36,772 bases of DNA from a virus (taxonomy: Duplodnaviria > Caudoviricetes), in IMG/VR virus record IMGVR_UViG_3300025731_000010, positions 1 to 36,772 of that record. One strand, 5' to 3'. How positions within the stretch are numbered: position 1 is the stretch's first letter; the number at the start of each line of letters is the position of its first letter. This document shows positions 1 through 8,442 of this stretch, in pieces. The notes below the pieces were generated by a model, which did no database searches, was not told where the DNA came from, and worked only from the letters and a program-made list of their open reading frames with translations. A program made the position numbers and the translations under genes.

Positions 1-475
1 CCTGATCATCTATGCCAATTCTGTGTTTGATAGTAACCGGAATGTCCACGGCGTCTTGCATGGCTTTAATGCAATCGGCCACCAAGGGTGCGTGGCCCAT
101 AAGGCAAGCCCCTATCATGTTGTTTTGCACTCTGTCGCTGGGGCAGCCCACGTTTAAATTCACTTCGTCATATAGATAGTCTTGCGCAATTTTTGCGCAC
201 TGGGCCAGCTCTTCTGGTTTGCTGCCTCCCAGTTGTAGTGCCACCGGATGCTCTTGTTCGTTGTATTGCAAAAAGCGATCTGGGCCGCCCTTGCCATGAA
301 TGATGGCGCCCGTTGTGACCATCTCTGTATACAGGAATGCATTGTCACTAAGGGTTCGCCAGAAATAGCGGCAGTGGCGATCCGACCAATCCATCATAGG
401 CGCCGTGCAGAAACGTCTAGCGCCCATTTTAAGGGGGCTGCCAGTGTTTACGGGGGTTGTAGCGTTTTCTGTCAT
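1..475 (-). CDS. dusA: tRNA-dihydrouridine(20/20a) synthase DusA, 5' portion (continues beyond the window); N-terminus supplied by the prophage
   Basis: Manual translation from ATG at 475: [38 protein letters not shown]...[14 protein letters not shown]...[11 protein letters not shown]...[16 protein letters not shown]...GACLM...[14 protein letters not shown]. These are DusA motifs. Absent from the ORF track because there is no stop in the window. Confidence 0.97.
   Translation of the reverse strand, partial: MTENATTPVNTGSPLKMGARRFCTAPMMDWSDRHCRYFWRTLSDNAFLYTEMVTTGAIIHGKGGPDRFLQYNEQEHPVALQLGGSKPEELAQCAKIAQDYLYDEVNLNVGCPSDRVQNNMIGACLMGHAPLVADCIKAMQDAVDIPVTIKHRIGIDDQ
384..397 (+). repeat. Left att core GACCAATCCATCAT
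   Basis: Identical to 36479-36492. Similarity continues with synonymous mismatches (aggcgccgtgcagaaacg versus gggagcggtgcagaaacg). Confidence 0.93.
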
Positions 476-525
476 GCGTCTATTTCTGCCTGTTACTGCT
501 TAATAATGCCTATTTTTCACTATTC

Positions 526-587
526 GGTGTGACAATAGGGTAACAAAATTTGTTAGTATTCATTGTTACCCCGATTAATGTTACACC
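526..587. promoter_or_regulatory. Putative integrase arm-type binding sites (GTGTRACAA-like)
   Basis: GGTGTGACAA 526-535, GGGTAACAA 538-546, inverted TTGTTACCC 563-571 and TGTTACACC 579-587. The same motif occurs twice inside the right att. Confidence 0.65.
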
Positions 588-603
588 GGACGAGTATTAT
601 ATC

Positions 604-1815
604 ATGGCTAGTATTAGAAAACGCCAGAAGGCCGATGGCTCTACCTCCTATACGGTTGTCATACGCGTTAAGCAGCAAGGCCAGATTGTCCATAGTGAAT
701 CCCGTACATTCTCAAAAGATGCCCTGGCTAAGAGTTGGGCCAAGCGCCGTGAAACCGAACTGGAAAATGATACTGAGTTGGCCAATGCCATGGCCAAGAA
801 AAAAAGCGGTGTGGATTCTGGCGCCGTGTTGTTTGGTGAGTTGATTGATCTATATATCGGTAAAGTTAAGAAAATGAAGGGCTGGGGGACAACAAAAGAA
901 AACGTTTTGCAGCTGATTAAGCGTTACCCCATTGCCAAGATACCCGCCGAAAAACTCACCACGAAAGACATAGTGGATTACATTGTATTGCGCTCCCAAG
1001 AGTCTTCCCCGCAAACGGCCAACCAGGATTACATGTATATTCGCCAAGTATTTGGGGTGGCTGAAGACTTGCTGGGGGTGGATGTTAATTTTACGGTGAT
1101 CGAGAAGGCCCAGCGTACACTCACCAAGATCGGTGCCATAGGCAAAAGCAAGGAACGGGATCGCAGGCCACATTTAGTGGTGAGTGATGACACTGAAAAA
1201 GCAATTGATGAGCTGGGTGATATTGTGTCTCTGGCTTATCGCAAACGCCAGTCCAGCTATTGGAAGCCCACCAACATAATGCTGGATAGGGTGATTGTGT
1301 TCGCCATGTTTTCGGGGCGGCGCATGTCTGAAATTTGCCGTATCAACCGTACAGATACCGATTTTGAACGCCAAGAAGTGTTGATTCGGGATATGAAACA
1401 TCCCAGCCAAAAGAAGGGCAATAACGTCTGGTGTTATGTGCCGGATGAGGCGTGGGCGGTACTGGTATCTATGCCGGTGATCGATGGGGATGATCGTTGG
1501 TTTCCCTATAATGCCAAGAGCGTGGGTGATTATTTTAGGCGGGTTCGTAAAGAAGCGGGTTTTCACCAGTTATTTGATGGCCAAGAAGAGTCGCCAGATA
1601 ACCCTAATTTACGTTTCCATGACTTGCGCCATGAGTGCGCCAGCTGGTTATTTGAGAAGAACGGGCTAGGGGATGAGCGTTGGGATGTGCCCCGGGTGGC
1701 ACTGGTTACCGGTCATCAAAGTTGGAACTCATTAAAGCGTTACGCAAACTTAAGGCATGTTAAGCCCACAGATAAATGGGCGGATTGGCAGTGGAAGAGT
1801 GCGGTTTTGGATTAG
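604..1815 (+). CDS. int: Tyrosine integrase, dusA-associated type
   Basis: Catalytic set intact: SGRRMSEI (R), DMKHP (K), FHDLRHE (HxxR), TGHQSW (H), LKRYA (Y). MASIRKR arm-binding N-terminus. ATG 604 preferred over TTG 550. Confidence 0.95.
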   Translation: MASIRKRQKADGSTSYTVVIRVKQQGQIVHSESRTFSKDALAKSWAKRRETELENDTELANAMAKKKSGVDSGAVLFGELIDLYIGKVKKMKGWGTTKENVLQLIKRYPIAKIPAEKLTTKDIVDYIVLRSQESSPQTANQDYMYIRQVFGVAEDLLGVDVNFTVIEKAQRTLTKIGAIGKSKERDRRPHLVVSDDTEKAIDELGDIVSLAYRKRQSSYWKPTNIMLDRVIVFAMFSGRRMSEICRINRTDTDFERQEVLIRDMKHPSQKKGNNVWCYVPDEAWAVLVSMPVIDGDDRWFPYNAKSVGDYFRRVRKEAGFHQLFDGQEESPDNPNLRFHDLRHECASWLFEKNGLGDERWDVPRVALVTGHQSWNSLKRYANLRHVKPTDKWADWQWKSAVLD

Positions 1816-2012
1816 TATTCTGCTGTATCGAGTTCTGCGGCAAGCTTGATTAAGGCCCTCCCCAGTGCGCGTGCCTGATCTGTATTCATTGCGTGAGCAT
1901 GTCTATTGGCGGGTGCTTTGACGGTTGATTTTGGAATGGTGAGTTTGATAATAGGTACATCGTGATCGAACTCATCTAGGATGGTGAGTGTTTCAAGCTT
2001 GGCTTTGCTCAT
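1812..2012 (-). CDS. Hypothetical phage protein (66 aa)
   Basis: AAGGA SD upstream; converges on the int stop codon. Confidence 0.65.
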   Translation of the reverse strand: MSKAKLETLTILDEFDHDVPIIKLTIPKSTVKAPANRHAHAMNTDQARALGRALIKLAAELDTAEY

Positions 2013-2152
2013 GATCGGTTCCTTTGGCTTTGAATGAATTAGATCGTATTTAGCTCAAAAATCCAATACCCTCCAAGCCTTATGGTGGTGATATTTTGGC
2101 GCCTGCCTGACCTAAAGTACATTGGATAACACTGAGATAAAAGGATTTGAGA

Positions 2153-2368
2153 ATGGAAGATAATAGTTATTATGAGCGTGATGATTTTCAGGCTGACCCC
2201 TACGAAGATGAAAAGGACGACCCTTATAATGTGGGCTATCAAGCTGGGATGAAAGGTGAAGAGCGAGAGAGCGGTAATAGTATTGATGGTGTTGAGTGGA
2301 TCAGGGGCTGGCAAGATGGAGAGGATGACAGGCGCGACCGTGAGAAGGCTCAAAGGCTTCGTGATTAA
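2153..2368 (+). CDS. Acidic RMF-like (ribosome modulation factor fold) small protein; moron
   Basis: GYQAGxxG...WxxGW motif; AAGGA SD at 2141-2145; opposite strand to its neighbours. Confidence 0.6.
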   Translation: MEDNSYYERDDFQADPYEDEKDDPYNVGYQAGMKGEERESGNSIDGVEWIRGWQDGEDDRRDREKAQRLRD

Positions 2369-2394
2369 AGCCTTAATGCCTCCTTTCCCCTAAG

Positions 2395-2637
2395 TCAGTT
2401 TTTAGCGATAACCGGGCCATTGGTATAGCCAACCGCCTGGCCATCATTGCAAACCAGATACACATCCCACTCAATGCGTTTGTCATACGAATACGGTTCA
2501 ACCGTTATCACCCCAGCACCAGAACGCTTTTCTACATAGCTGGCCAGCTCTGCAAAGTCGGCCATTTCTTGCACGGTATCCATGGAATCAGCAAGTGTGC
2601 CTTTATGGTCGCGGTATAAAAATGCAGTGTTTGGCAT
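2395..2637 (-). CDS. Hypothetical phage protein (80 aa)
   Basis: ORF in the tightly packed leftward early operon. Confidence 0.7.
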   Translation of the reverse strand: MPNTAFLYRDHKGTLADSMDTVQEMADFAELASYVEKRSGAGVITVEPYSYDKRIEWDVYLVCNDGQAVGYTNGPVIAKN

Positions 2638-2642
2638 GGCTT

Positions 2643-2819
2643 CTATTTTCCTAAGATAATTTCAGCATCTTTATGCTGAACAAAATTAATATACCCTGAA
2701 GGCTCACGGCTCTTGTACTCACCCCAGCCCACATCACCCAAGAACGGTACTCTTTGGCCAATCATACCCGAATACCACCTCATTGGGTCCGGGCACTGTT
2801 TTATGAGTAGCTGAGCCAT
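2643..2819 (-). CDS. Hypothetical phage protein (58 aa, below the ORF-track cutoff)
   Basis: Manual translation MAQLLIKQCPDPMRWYSGMIGQRVPFLGDVGWGEYKSREPSGYINFVQHKDAEIILGK; fills the operon gap; GGGGA SD. Confidence 0.7.
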   Translation of the reverse strand: MAQLLIKQCPDPMRWYSGMIGQRVPFLGDVGWGEYKSREPSGYINFVQHKDAEIILGK

Positions 2820-2825
2820 ATTCCC

Positions 2826-3071
2826 CTACCTCTCTATATTCTCAATTGGTATGCCATCGATGTGCATTACTATCGGCAAATCGGTGATTTTCTTAGCGCC
2901 ATGTATTTGCTTGTGAATCTCGGACCAGTCCCGGCCAAGCAGGCCAGTTTTAAGGTTTCTCTTCTTGATGCCAGCTAAGTTTTGACGGTCGATTTCTTCT
3001 AAGTCTGTATCCCAAAAGTTAGCGGCGGTAATTTTGGGTTTTGGTTTAAATAGCTTCTTTATCCAGTTCAT
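2826..3071 (-). CDS. Hypothetical phage protein
   Basis: ORF in the early operon; probable start MNWIKK at 3071. Confidence 0.6.
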   Translation of the reverse strand: MNWIKKLFKPKPKITAANFWDTDLEEIDRQNLAGIKKRNLKTGLLGRDWSEIHKQIHGAKKITDLPIVMHIDGIPIENIER

Positions 3072-3073
3072 TC

Positions 3074-3235
3074 CTACCATCCCAGTTTTGCAGCTCTTTC
3101 TCGAATACTCTTGCTAGCTGCCTCACGCTGTTTTTTGTTTCGGTAGCACCTTTGGCAGGTGGCATTGCTTAAATAGATGCCATGAGGGCACCGGCCATCT
3201 TTATCAGGTGCTTGGTACCGCTCATAGCTACCCAT
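3074..3235 (-). CDS. Small Cys/His protein (53 aa, below the ORF-track cutoff)
   Basis: MGSYERYQAPDKDGRCPHGIYLSNATCQRCYRNKKQREAASKSIRERAAKLGW; CxH...CxxC pattern; fills the operon gap. Confidence 0.6.
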   Translation of the reverse strand: MGSYERYQAPDKDGRCPHGIYLSNATCQRCYRNKKQREAASKSIRERAAKLGW

Positions 3236-3252
3236 ATTCCCTGTATCCCGTA

Positions 3253-3459
3253 TTAGTTGAATTTGCTGATTTCTGCTTGAGCTTTTTTAGTTACCTGGTC
3301 GGCGGTGGCAGTGCTGGACCCACCACAGATAACATTGACTCGCTCACCATATTTATCATCAAGAAAAGCGAAGGCATCTTGGTCATCAACAGCCAATACC
3401 ATTTCTGTAATATCCTTCCCTTTATGGAAGATATGAGCACTGAAAACACCTACAGCCAT
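3253..3459 (-). CDS. Hypothetical phage protein (68 aa)
   Basis: TAATG overlap with the upstream ORF. Confidence 0.65.
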   Translation of the reverse strand: MAVGVFSAHIFHKGKDITEMVLAVDDQDAFAFLDDKYGERVNVICGGSSTATADQVTKKAQAEISKFN

Positions 3460-3767
3460 TAATCATTTGCTCCGTTTTGCTGCGCTTTCTTTCTGTTATA
3501 GACGGCCACATCAGCGAGAATAATTGAATCACCCTGGTTTGCCGATACAGCACAAGCCATGGCACCCATAAAATAACCTTTGGCGTGACTAGCTTTAGGC
3601 GTTAAGCAGCTAAGTAAACAAACCAAGTGCCAGCCAATCATGTTTAAGCGTGCCTTTAAACCCTGTGGCACCCGTATTGTTTTAGTAGCCATCTTTCCCC
3701 TACCTTTGCTGTCTTGAGTTAACACCGTATGGACTGCCATAACGGTCTTTGTTTGGGCGCTTGCCAT
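3459..3767 (-). CDS. Hypothetical phage protein (true start may be further downstream)
   Basis: ORF in the early operon; an internal MATKTIR start would avoid the overlap with 3700..3978. Confidence 0.55.
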   Translation of the reverse strand: MASAQTKTVMAVHTVLTQDSKGRGKMATKTIRVPQGLKARLNMIGWHLVCLLSCLTPKASHAKGYFMGAMACAVSANQGDSIILADVAVYNRKKAQQNGAND

Positions 3768-3978
3768 TGGTTGGCTTTTGCATCGCTGCCGGTACTTTTA
3801 ATTCGTTTAAGTCAGCACCCGGACGCAGCGTAATTTCCATAACCTGGTGATCATCTACTTCAGAATCATTGCAGACGGCCATATTCAAACACGCCATGGC
3901 CATTGCTATTGAAGCTTTGTGGCTTGTACGTCTTCCACCATCGTCAACGATCAATACCTTTGGCTTATCTGCATACAT
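3700..3978 (-). CDS. Hypothetical phage protein (92 aa)
   Basis: ORF in the early operon. Confidence 0.6.
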   Translation of the reverse strand: MYADKPKVLIVDDGGRRTSHKASIAMAMACLNMAVCNDSEVDDHQVMEITLRPGADLNELKVPAAMQKPTNGKRPNKDRYGSPYGVNSRQQR

Positions 3979-3984
3979 GATTAA

Positions 3985-4227
3985 TTATTTCCCTGTACTT
4001 GAATTGATTCCGCCAAAGTGCTTTTTCACTTGGGTGTAAGTGTGCTGGCTCATTACTATTTCAGTGTGCACCGACACAATATCTACATAGCAATCTGGGT
4101 TTTCGTGGCAGAGATCAAGCCACTCATTCATCACTGCCGGGCATATAATCATGGGATAAGCTACTGGCTTGCCATCGATGCGTATCTGGTATTCAGACCC
4201 ACTTGATTGGTGGTGTTTTTCGGCCAT
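3985..4227 (-). CDS. Hypothetical phage protein (80 aa)
   Basis: GGGGA SD; tight operon packing. Confidence 0.6.
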   Translation of the reverse strand: MAEKHHQSSGSEYQIRIDGKPVAYPMIICPAVMNEWLDLCHENPDCYVDIVSVHTEIVMSQHTYTQVKKHFGGINSSTGK

Positions 4228-4232
4228 TCGAT

Positions 4233-4412
4233 TTATTCCCCTGTAAGTGCTGAAGTGTCACAAGTTGCACTATCAGTGCTGTTTTGCTCTTTAATCCACT
4301 GCTTATATTCGGCCTCAACAGCAGGATTTTCACCGCAAAATTTATCTGCCATCCAGTCCTTGTCACCGCAAAATTCACATCTATCGTTTTCTGACCAAGA
4401 GTGTCCACTCAT
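4233..4412 (-). CDS. Small putative Zn-binding protein (HxW...CxxC...C)
   Basis: Start MSGHSW at 4412, directly after the DUF3310 stop, with GGGGA SD. Confidence 0.6.
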   Translation of the reverse strand: MSGHSWSENDRCEFCGDKDWMADKFCGENPAVEAEYKQWIKEQNSTDSATCDTSALTGE

Positions 4413-4416
4413 GAAT

Positions 4417-4641
4417 TTATTCCCCGTCCTTTTGATTTTTACGTTTGGCAATTTCACGCTGGAGATACCAGGCGGCCTTTTCCAAGTCTTCAACGGCATC
4501 CTTCTTTAGGTCACAGCGCCAAATGTACTTAACCGCGTTGCCCAAGTTGAAAGCCATATGCTCAGTAACCTGGATACACTCAATGCCGCTAGGGTGGCCC
4601 TTGTAGTGCGCTGGGTGATTTACATTATCTGCTGTTGCCAT
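4417..4641 (-). CDS. DUF3310 domain protein
   Basis: DNVNHPAHY...IECI...FNLGNAVKYIWR...K...EDLEKAAWYL signature. Confidence 0.9.
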   Translation of the reverse strand: MATADNVNHPAHYKGHPSGIECIQVTEHMAFNLGNAVKYIWRCDLKKDAVEDLEKAAWYLQREIAKRKNQKDGE

Positions 4642-4652
4642 TGATCTATTCC

Positions 4653-5321
4653 TTATTGATATAAATTTTCAAGCACATCTTGAATGCTGGTTTTCTCTCT
4701 AATGCATTTAGTGCGCAGTGTTTCTTTTGATAACCCTGTTAGCCCGACCAGATCACGTATTGCCTGGAATGTGCCATCACGGCTCCTGGCTAACCAAACA
4801 TTCTCAATAAACGAATTGAGTAGCGTTGTAATCGATACGCCCTCTGGAAAGTAATAACTCTTAAACTTGCGCTGCATCTGTAAAGGCTGTGTAACCGTGT
4901 CGCCTTCAAATCTGCGCTTGTAGTTCAGCTTATACTCGGTTCCGTTATCCTTTAAAAAGAATGGCGACTTAGGGTCTAGACCAGCAAACAAGCTTCGATC
5001 CAAGCACCCATATTTATTCTTTAATCGCCACTCAATTACTTTAAAAATGGAGTCACTTAAATAAGTGTTATCACCAATAAAAAAGTATCTTTCTTTGCCT
5101 GTAGCACTAAACGAGCTGGGCAATACTCCATCGATAACGATCAAGCCACGATCCGTTATCAAATCCTCAACCTTGAGGAGGGTTAACTCATGAGCACTAA
5201 AATAAGCCAGCCCTGCAAATAGAATTAGAGCCTCGTCATTCTCGTTAAACTCACCCTTACTGTGCTTTGCTGCCAGCTTGATTATCGCCTTGTAATCAAG
5301 CAGTTTGCCTCTAACCGACAT
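4653..5321 (-). CDS. Tyrosine-recombinase-fold protein with degenerate catalytic residues
   Basis: ALILF...ELTLLKVEDL, TGKER, GLDPKSPFF, SF, and LVGLTGL match the Int/Xer catalytic-domain pattern, but the R, HxxR, H and Y positions are substituted. Confidence 0.7.
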   Translation of the reverse strand: MSVRGKLLDYKAIIKLAAKHSKGEFNENDEALILFAGLAYFSAHELTLLKVEDLITDRGLIVIDGVLPSSFSATGKERYFFIGDNTYLSDSIFKVIEWRLKNKYGCLDRSLFAGLDPKSPFFLKDNGTEYKLNYKRRFEGDTVTQPLQMQRKFKSYYFPEGVSITTLLNSFIENVWLARSRDGTFQAIRDLVGLTGLSKETLRTKCIREKTSIQDVLENLYQ

Positions 5322-5383
5322 GTTTCATATTCTTTTAAAGTAGGAATGTGAAACATTATACACCCCTAATCAGTACCTATCTA
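5320..5383 (-). promoter_or_regulatory. Promoter and inverted-repeat operator for the 4653..5321 gene
   Basis: Minus-strand TAGATA(5378-5383)-N17-TATAAT(5355-5360). Inverted repeat ATGTTTCATATTC-N11-GAATGTGAAACAT (5320-5356; 12 of 13 match). Confidence 0.6.
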
Positions 5384-5444
5384 GGCTACAGGCCAGACAA
5401 TACGTGCCTTTCGCACTACTTAGGGGAATAAAAGGGCAGTCAAA

Positions 5445-5729
5445 TTAGTCCGATTTAGGGCCAATTAGGTGCTGGAATTCCTTTCCTAATTGGGCGCTTT
5501 CCAAAAAGGGGATCGCCTCGTCATCTTTTAGGCCGAATGCGTGGCCGAGTATGGTTAAGCCTTGCTCTTCAATTTTTGGTAATAGCCGTACCAGCTCGTA
5601 ACCACCGCAAATAATGCAGCCGTTGATAACCGACTCTTCATCCAGTGCGCCCGCTTTTGTCCAAACGAACTCGTCTTTGTATTGATAGCAGTAGGTGAGC
5701 TGTAATCTTATATAGGTATTTTTATCCAT
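5445..5729 (-). CDS. Hypothetical phage protein (94 aa)
   Basis: GAGGAG SD; operon packing. Confidence 0.65.
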   Translation of the reverse strand: MDKNTYIRLQLTYCYQYKDEFVWTKAGALDEESVINGCIICGGYELVRLLPKIEEQGLTILGHAFGLKDDEAIPFLESAQLGKEFQHLIGPKSD

Positions 5730-5732
5730 GCG

Positions 5733-5927
5733 CTAAATCTCCTCGTGACCCATTAAGCCACTTAAAACCATGGCCTGATTGCGGCTGTGGCCTTCATCCA
5801 AAAGGGCTAAGTAGTCTTGGTATTCTTTGTCGGCGCCTGGGTACCAATGATCTTTGCACCATCTGCCACCATGTACCTGGGTGGGCTCGCCACAGCTGAA
5901 GCATTTTGTTTGACTTGGCTTAGCCAT
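5733..5927 (-). CDS. Small putative Zn-finger protein (CxxC...CxxH)
   Basis: CFSCGEP...WCKDH; overlaps the stop of the upstream ORF. Confidence 0.6.
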   Translation of the reverse strand: MAKPSQTKCFSCGEPTQVHGGRWCKDHWYPGADKEYQDYLALLDEGHSRNQAMVLSGLMGHEEI

Positions 5928-6177
5928 TGGACTTCTCAAACTCTTCGTTGGCGGCCTGGCGGCGGGTATCGATCAGCTCGGCCAGATCACGAATGTCACA
6001 CACCCATGGGCATTTCTGGCTGGTGGCGGTACGAAAAAACGCGATGGGCAACTCATTGGCGGCGGCCTTGCGTTTGGCCTTGTTTAGGTCGTTTAAACCA
6101 AAGTAATTTTTGGCCACTTTTTCAAGCGGCAGGGTGGGTGAATTAAATTCAGCCATTAATAAAAAAACGGTGTTCAT
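5920..6177 (-). CDS. Pyocin activator PrtN-family DNA-binding protein (possible excisionase)
   Basis: MNTVFLLMAEF...PLEKV...YFGL...LPI..FR...SQK......DLAELID is the PrtN family signature. Confidence 0.88.
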   Translation of the reverse strand: MNTVFLLMAEFNSPTLPLEKVAKNYFGLNDLNKAKRKAAANELPIAFFRTATSQKCPWVCDIRDLAELIDTRRQAANEEFEKSNG

Positions 6178-6494
6178 TACAGGCTCCGAATGGGTGGGTT
6201 GTTGGGTTCTGCAAAAACAAAACTCAGGTTTTCTTCTTCCGGGTGGGTGGCGTTCAAAATGTCATTTTGCCAATCACTTTGGGTGCGCTTAAAAACCGCC
6301 TCCCATTCATCTACAACAATTTGGCTGCCTGGTAGATCACTGCCGCATTGTTGGGCATCTGCGATCAGGTCTAGTAATTCTTGCGCCATCTTACTGGCTG
6401 CTTCAATGATTTCTTCTTGGGTGGCTGGTTGCATGTTGGTGTCCTGTTGTTGGTTATCGGCCCCCGTATTAAATCTGGGGGCCGATGGGTTCAT
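6177..6494 (-). CDS. Hypothetical phage protein (105 aa)
   Basis: Stop/start overlaps at both ends. Confidence 0.65.
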   Translation of the reverse strand: MNPSAPRFNTGADNQQQDTNMQPATQEEIIEAASKMAQELLDLIADAQQCGSDLPGSQIVVDEWEAVFKRTQSDWQNDILNATHPEEENLSFVFAEPNNPPIRSL

Positions 6495-7108
6495 GCTTCT
6501 AAGTCGATCACTAAAACATCATCGTTGCTGGCATCCTGGTGGCTGATGCCGATGCCTGCCGCCATGGCTTGCAATAGGGCAAGGGTGACTTTGCTATCAC
6601 TGAGTGCTCTGTGTGCCTTACCTTCAAATTCAACACCAGCTAACTCGCAGCAACGGGCCAGTGATAAACGTCTAAACTGGCTGCGCTCTTTATCCCATAT
6701 GGCGTGGCGGTTGAAGTGGCGGTTGGCCAGCTCCATTACATCGATGTGCACACAGTCGGGAACCGGCAGGCCATGTTCGGCGCAGGTTTGTTTGATCAGG
6801 CGCAGGTCAAAACTGGCATTAAAGATCGCTACCGGGTAACAGCCAAATATAGACAGTAAAACCGGCTGGATCAGGGTCCAGTCATAACCAAACTCGGCTA
6901 TTTTTTCAGGGCTGATGCCGTGGGTTTCCAGTGCCTTGGGGTGGCATTCTTTTTGGGTTTTAACCAGTTTATCGATCATGACGCGCCCCTGGGTATTGAT
7001 CACGCTGATCTCTATGATCTGATCATCTTCCCCCAGGCCGGTGGTTTCGGTATCCAGAAAAACCGGATTCGTCTTTAAAATGCTTTGTGCCATCTGTTGA
7101 GTATTCAT
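6491..7108 (-). CDS. DEDDh 3'-5' exonuclease (DnaQ/Pol III epsilon-like)
   Basis: FLDTETTG (ExoI), FNASFD (ExoII), AHRALSD (ExoIII). Confidence 0.93.
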   Translation of the reverse strand: MNTQQMAQSILKTNPVFLDTETTGLGEDDQIIEISVINTQGRVMIDKLVKTQKECHPKALETHGISPEKIAEFGYDWTLIQPVLLSIFGCYPVAIFNASFDLRLIKQTCAEHGLPVPDCVHIDVMELANRHFNRHAIWDKERSQFRRLSLARCCELAGVEFEGKAHRALSDSKVTLALLQAMAAGIGISHQDASNDDVLVIDLEA

Positions 7109-7118
7109 GTGCAGTTCC

Positions 7119-8012
7119 TTATGCCGCCAGCTCGAAGCGGGCTCCGTTTAGAGTTAAAGTTCCATCTACTACATAACGATCAAAAAATTCACGGGCCAGT
7201 GCGTGGCGAATTTTTTTATCGGTTATTACGTTGCGCATGGCTGGTTTGTTGCCCCAGCGTCCTGCTTTTAATTCGGTAGCGATCTCTGCATAAAGCGTTT
7301 CATTATCATCAGTGGGGGCGTCCCTTCTTATGGGGGTGGGGAGATTTTTTGATATAGGCTGTATGGCCTTATTGCGTTGGCCAGCACTTAAAACCGCAAA
7401 ACACACCATGGGGCAGCCATCCACTAAAACCGCCAATACCGTCCACAAAACATAACGCTGTTGGCCTAAATCATTGGCCAGTGTGGTACCACTGTTATCA
7501 GATTGACGTTTGATCTTTTGGCTGATGATGAATTGACGTTCCTGGCTTAAACGCTCGGCCTTGTTTAGCAGGCTGCCGGCGCGAGTGCGAAAACCGTTTT
7601 CACGATCCAGTTTGGCAAGGGCGCTTAATTCGTTGATGCGATTGGTGAGGTCGTTAATTTGTGTTTGTTGGTGCTGGTAGCTGGTGCTGCCGGACAATTC
7701 CAAGTGGAAGGTGGTTTGGTAACGGCTTTCCAGCCAACTGATGGTGGCGGCCAAACTGCTTAACACCAATATGACTTCCAATATTAGGGTGGCGGTGAGC
7801 AGTGCCCAGCGTTTAAATTCATACAGGCGCACAATCATCGGTATAAAAATATAAGAGGCGCCCACCAAAGAAGCTGACGTGATGGCGGCCATTAATATGT
7901 CCAGCGTGCTGTTGGCAAAACTGATCCACATTAGGATGCTGCACACCATGGATATGAGGGCCAGAATTATGCCCAGTATGAAGGTGGTGATTTTGATGGA
8001 GTTGGTTAGCAT
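7119..8012 (-). CDS. Membrane protein: three TM segments, coiled coil, one TM segment, C-terminal possible winged helix
   Basis: Hydrophobic segments and a Q/L-rich heptad region in the translation. Confidence 0.7.
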   Translation of the reverse strand: MLTNSIKITTFILGIILALISMVCSILMWISFANSTLDILMAAITSASLVGASYIFIPMIVRLYEFKRWALLTATLILEVILVLSSLAATISWLESRYQTTFHLELSGSTSYQHQQTQINDLTNRINELSALAKLDRENGFRTRAGSLLNKAERLSQERQFIISQKIKRQSDNSGTTLANDLGQQRYVLWTVLAVLVDGCPMVCFAVLSAGQRNKAIQPISKNLPTPIRRDAPTDDNETLYAEIATELKAGRWGNKPAMRNVITDKKIRHALAREFFDRYVVDGTLTLNGARFELAA

Positions 8013-8079
8013 TGTTGGTCCCTACTTTTTAGTTATTGGTTTGCCCCGGTACAACTCGGCAGGGCTCCGATGTTATTTT

Positions 8080-8442
8080 TTAGGCCACCAGTGAATCTTT
8101 CAGCATGCATAAGGTCTTGTTGCCCAGTGCGGTGTTTTGTTTGGGTATTAATACGCTGGGTGCGGTGCGGCCGGTGCTGGTCAATAATTCACGAATAAAG
8201 TTAAGGCCTGCGGGTGTGGCCACGGTTTTTTCATGGATGCTGGGGCTGTCGCCGTGCAAACACATCTTGAATTGGGTGGTGAACAAGCCAGCGCGAATGT
8301 ACTTTTCTTTTGGCAGATTGCGCAGGGTTTTGGTTTCGTATAAAACACCGGCCATGCGCAGCTTTTTAAATAAGCTGTTGGCACCTTCGCCCACCAGAAG
8401 CGCGGCTTTTTGCATGCTGTAGATTTGCTGGTTAGCGGTCAT
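8080..8442 (-). CDS. Phage antirepressor KilAC (ANT) domain protein
   Basis: KAALLV..GANSLFKKLR..GVL...RNLP..KYI..GLF...TVATPAGLNFIRELL. Confidence 0.82.
   Translation of the reverse strand: MTANQQIYSMQKAALLVGEGANSLFKKLRMAGVLYETKTLRNLPKEKYIRAGLFTTQFKMCLHGDSPSIHEKTVATPAGLNFIRELLTSTGRTAPSVLIPKQNTALGNKTLCMLKDSLVA

Noticed and set aside
160-532. ORF-track calls 160..348 (-) and 248..532 (+)
   Set aside because: Shadow frames of dusA.
2039-2353. Hydrophobic 104-aa minus-strand ORF
   Set aside because: Antisense to the acidic RMF-like gene, whose GAN-rich codons create apparent hydrophobicity on the other strand; no clear SD.
2661-2680. Inverted repeat TTCAGCAT-CTTT-ATGCTGAA
   Set aside because: Inside a coding sequence, single copy, AT-rich stem; no supporting context.
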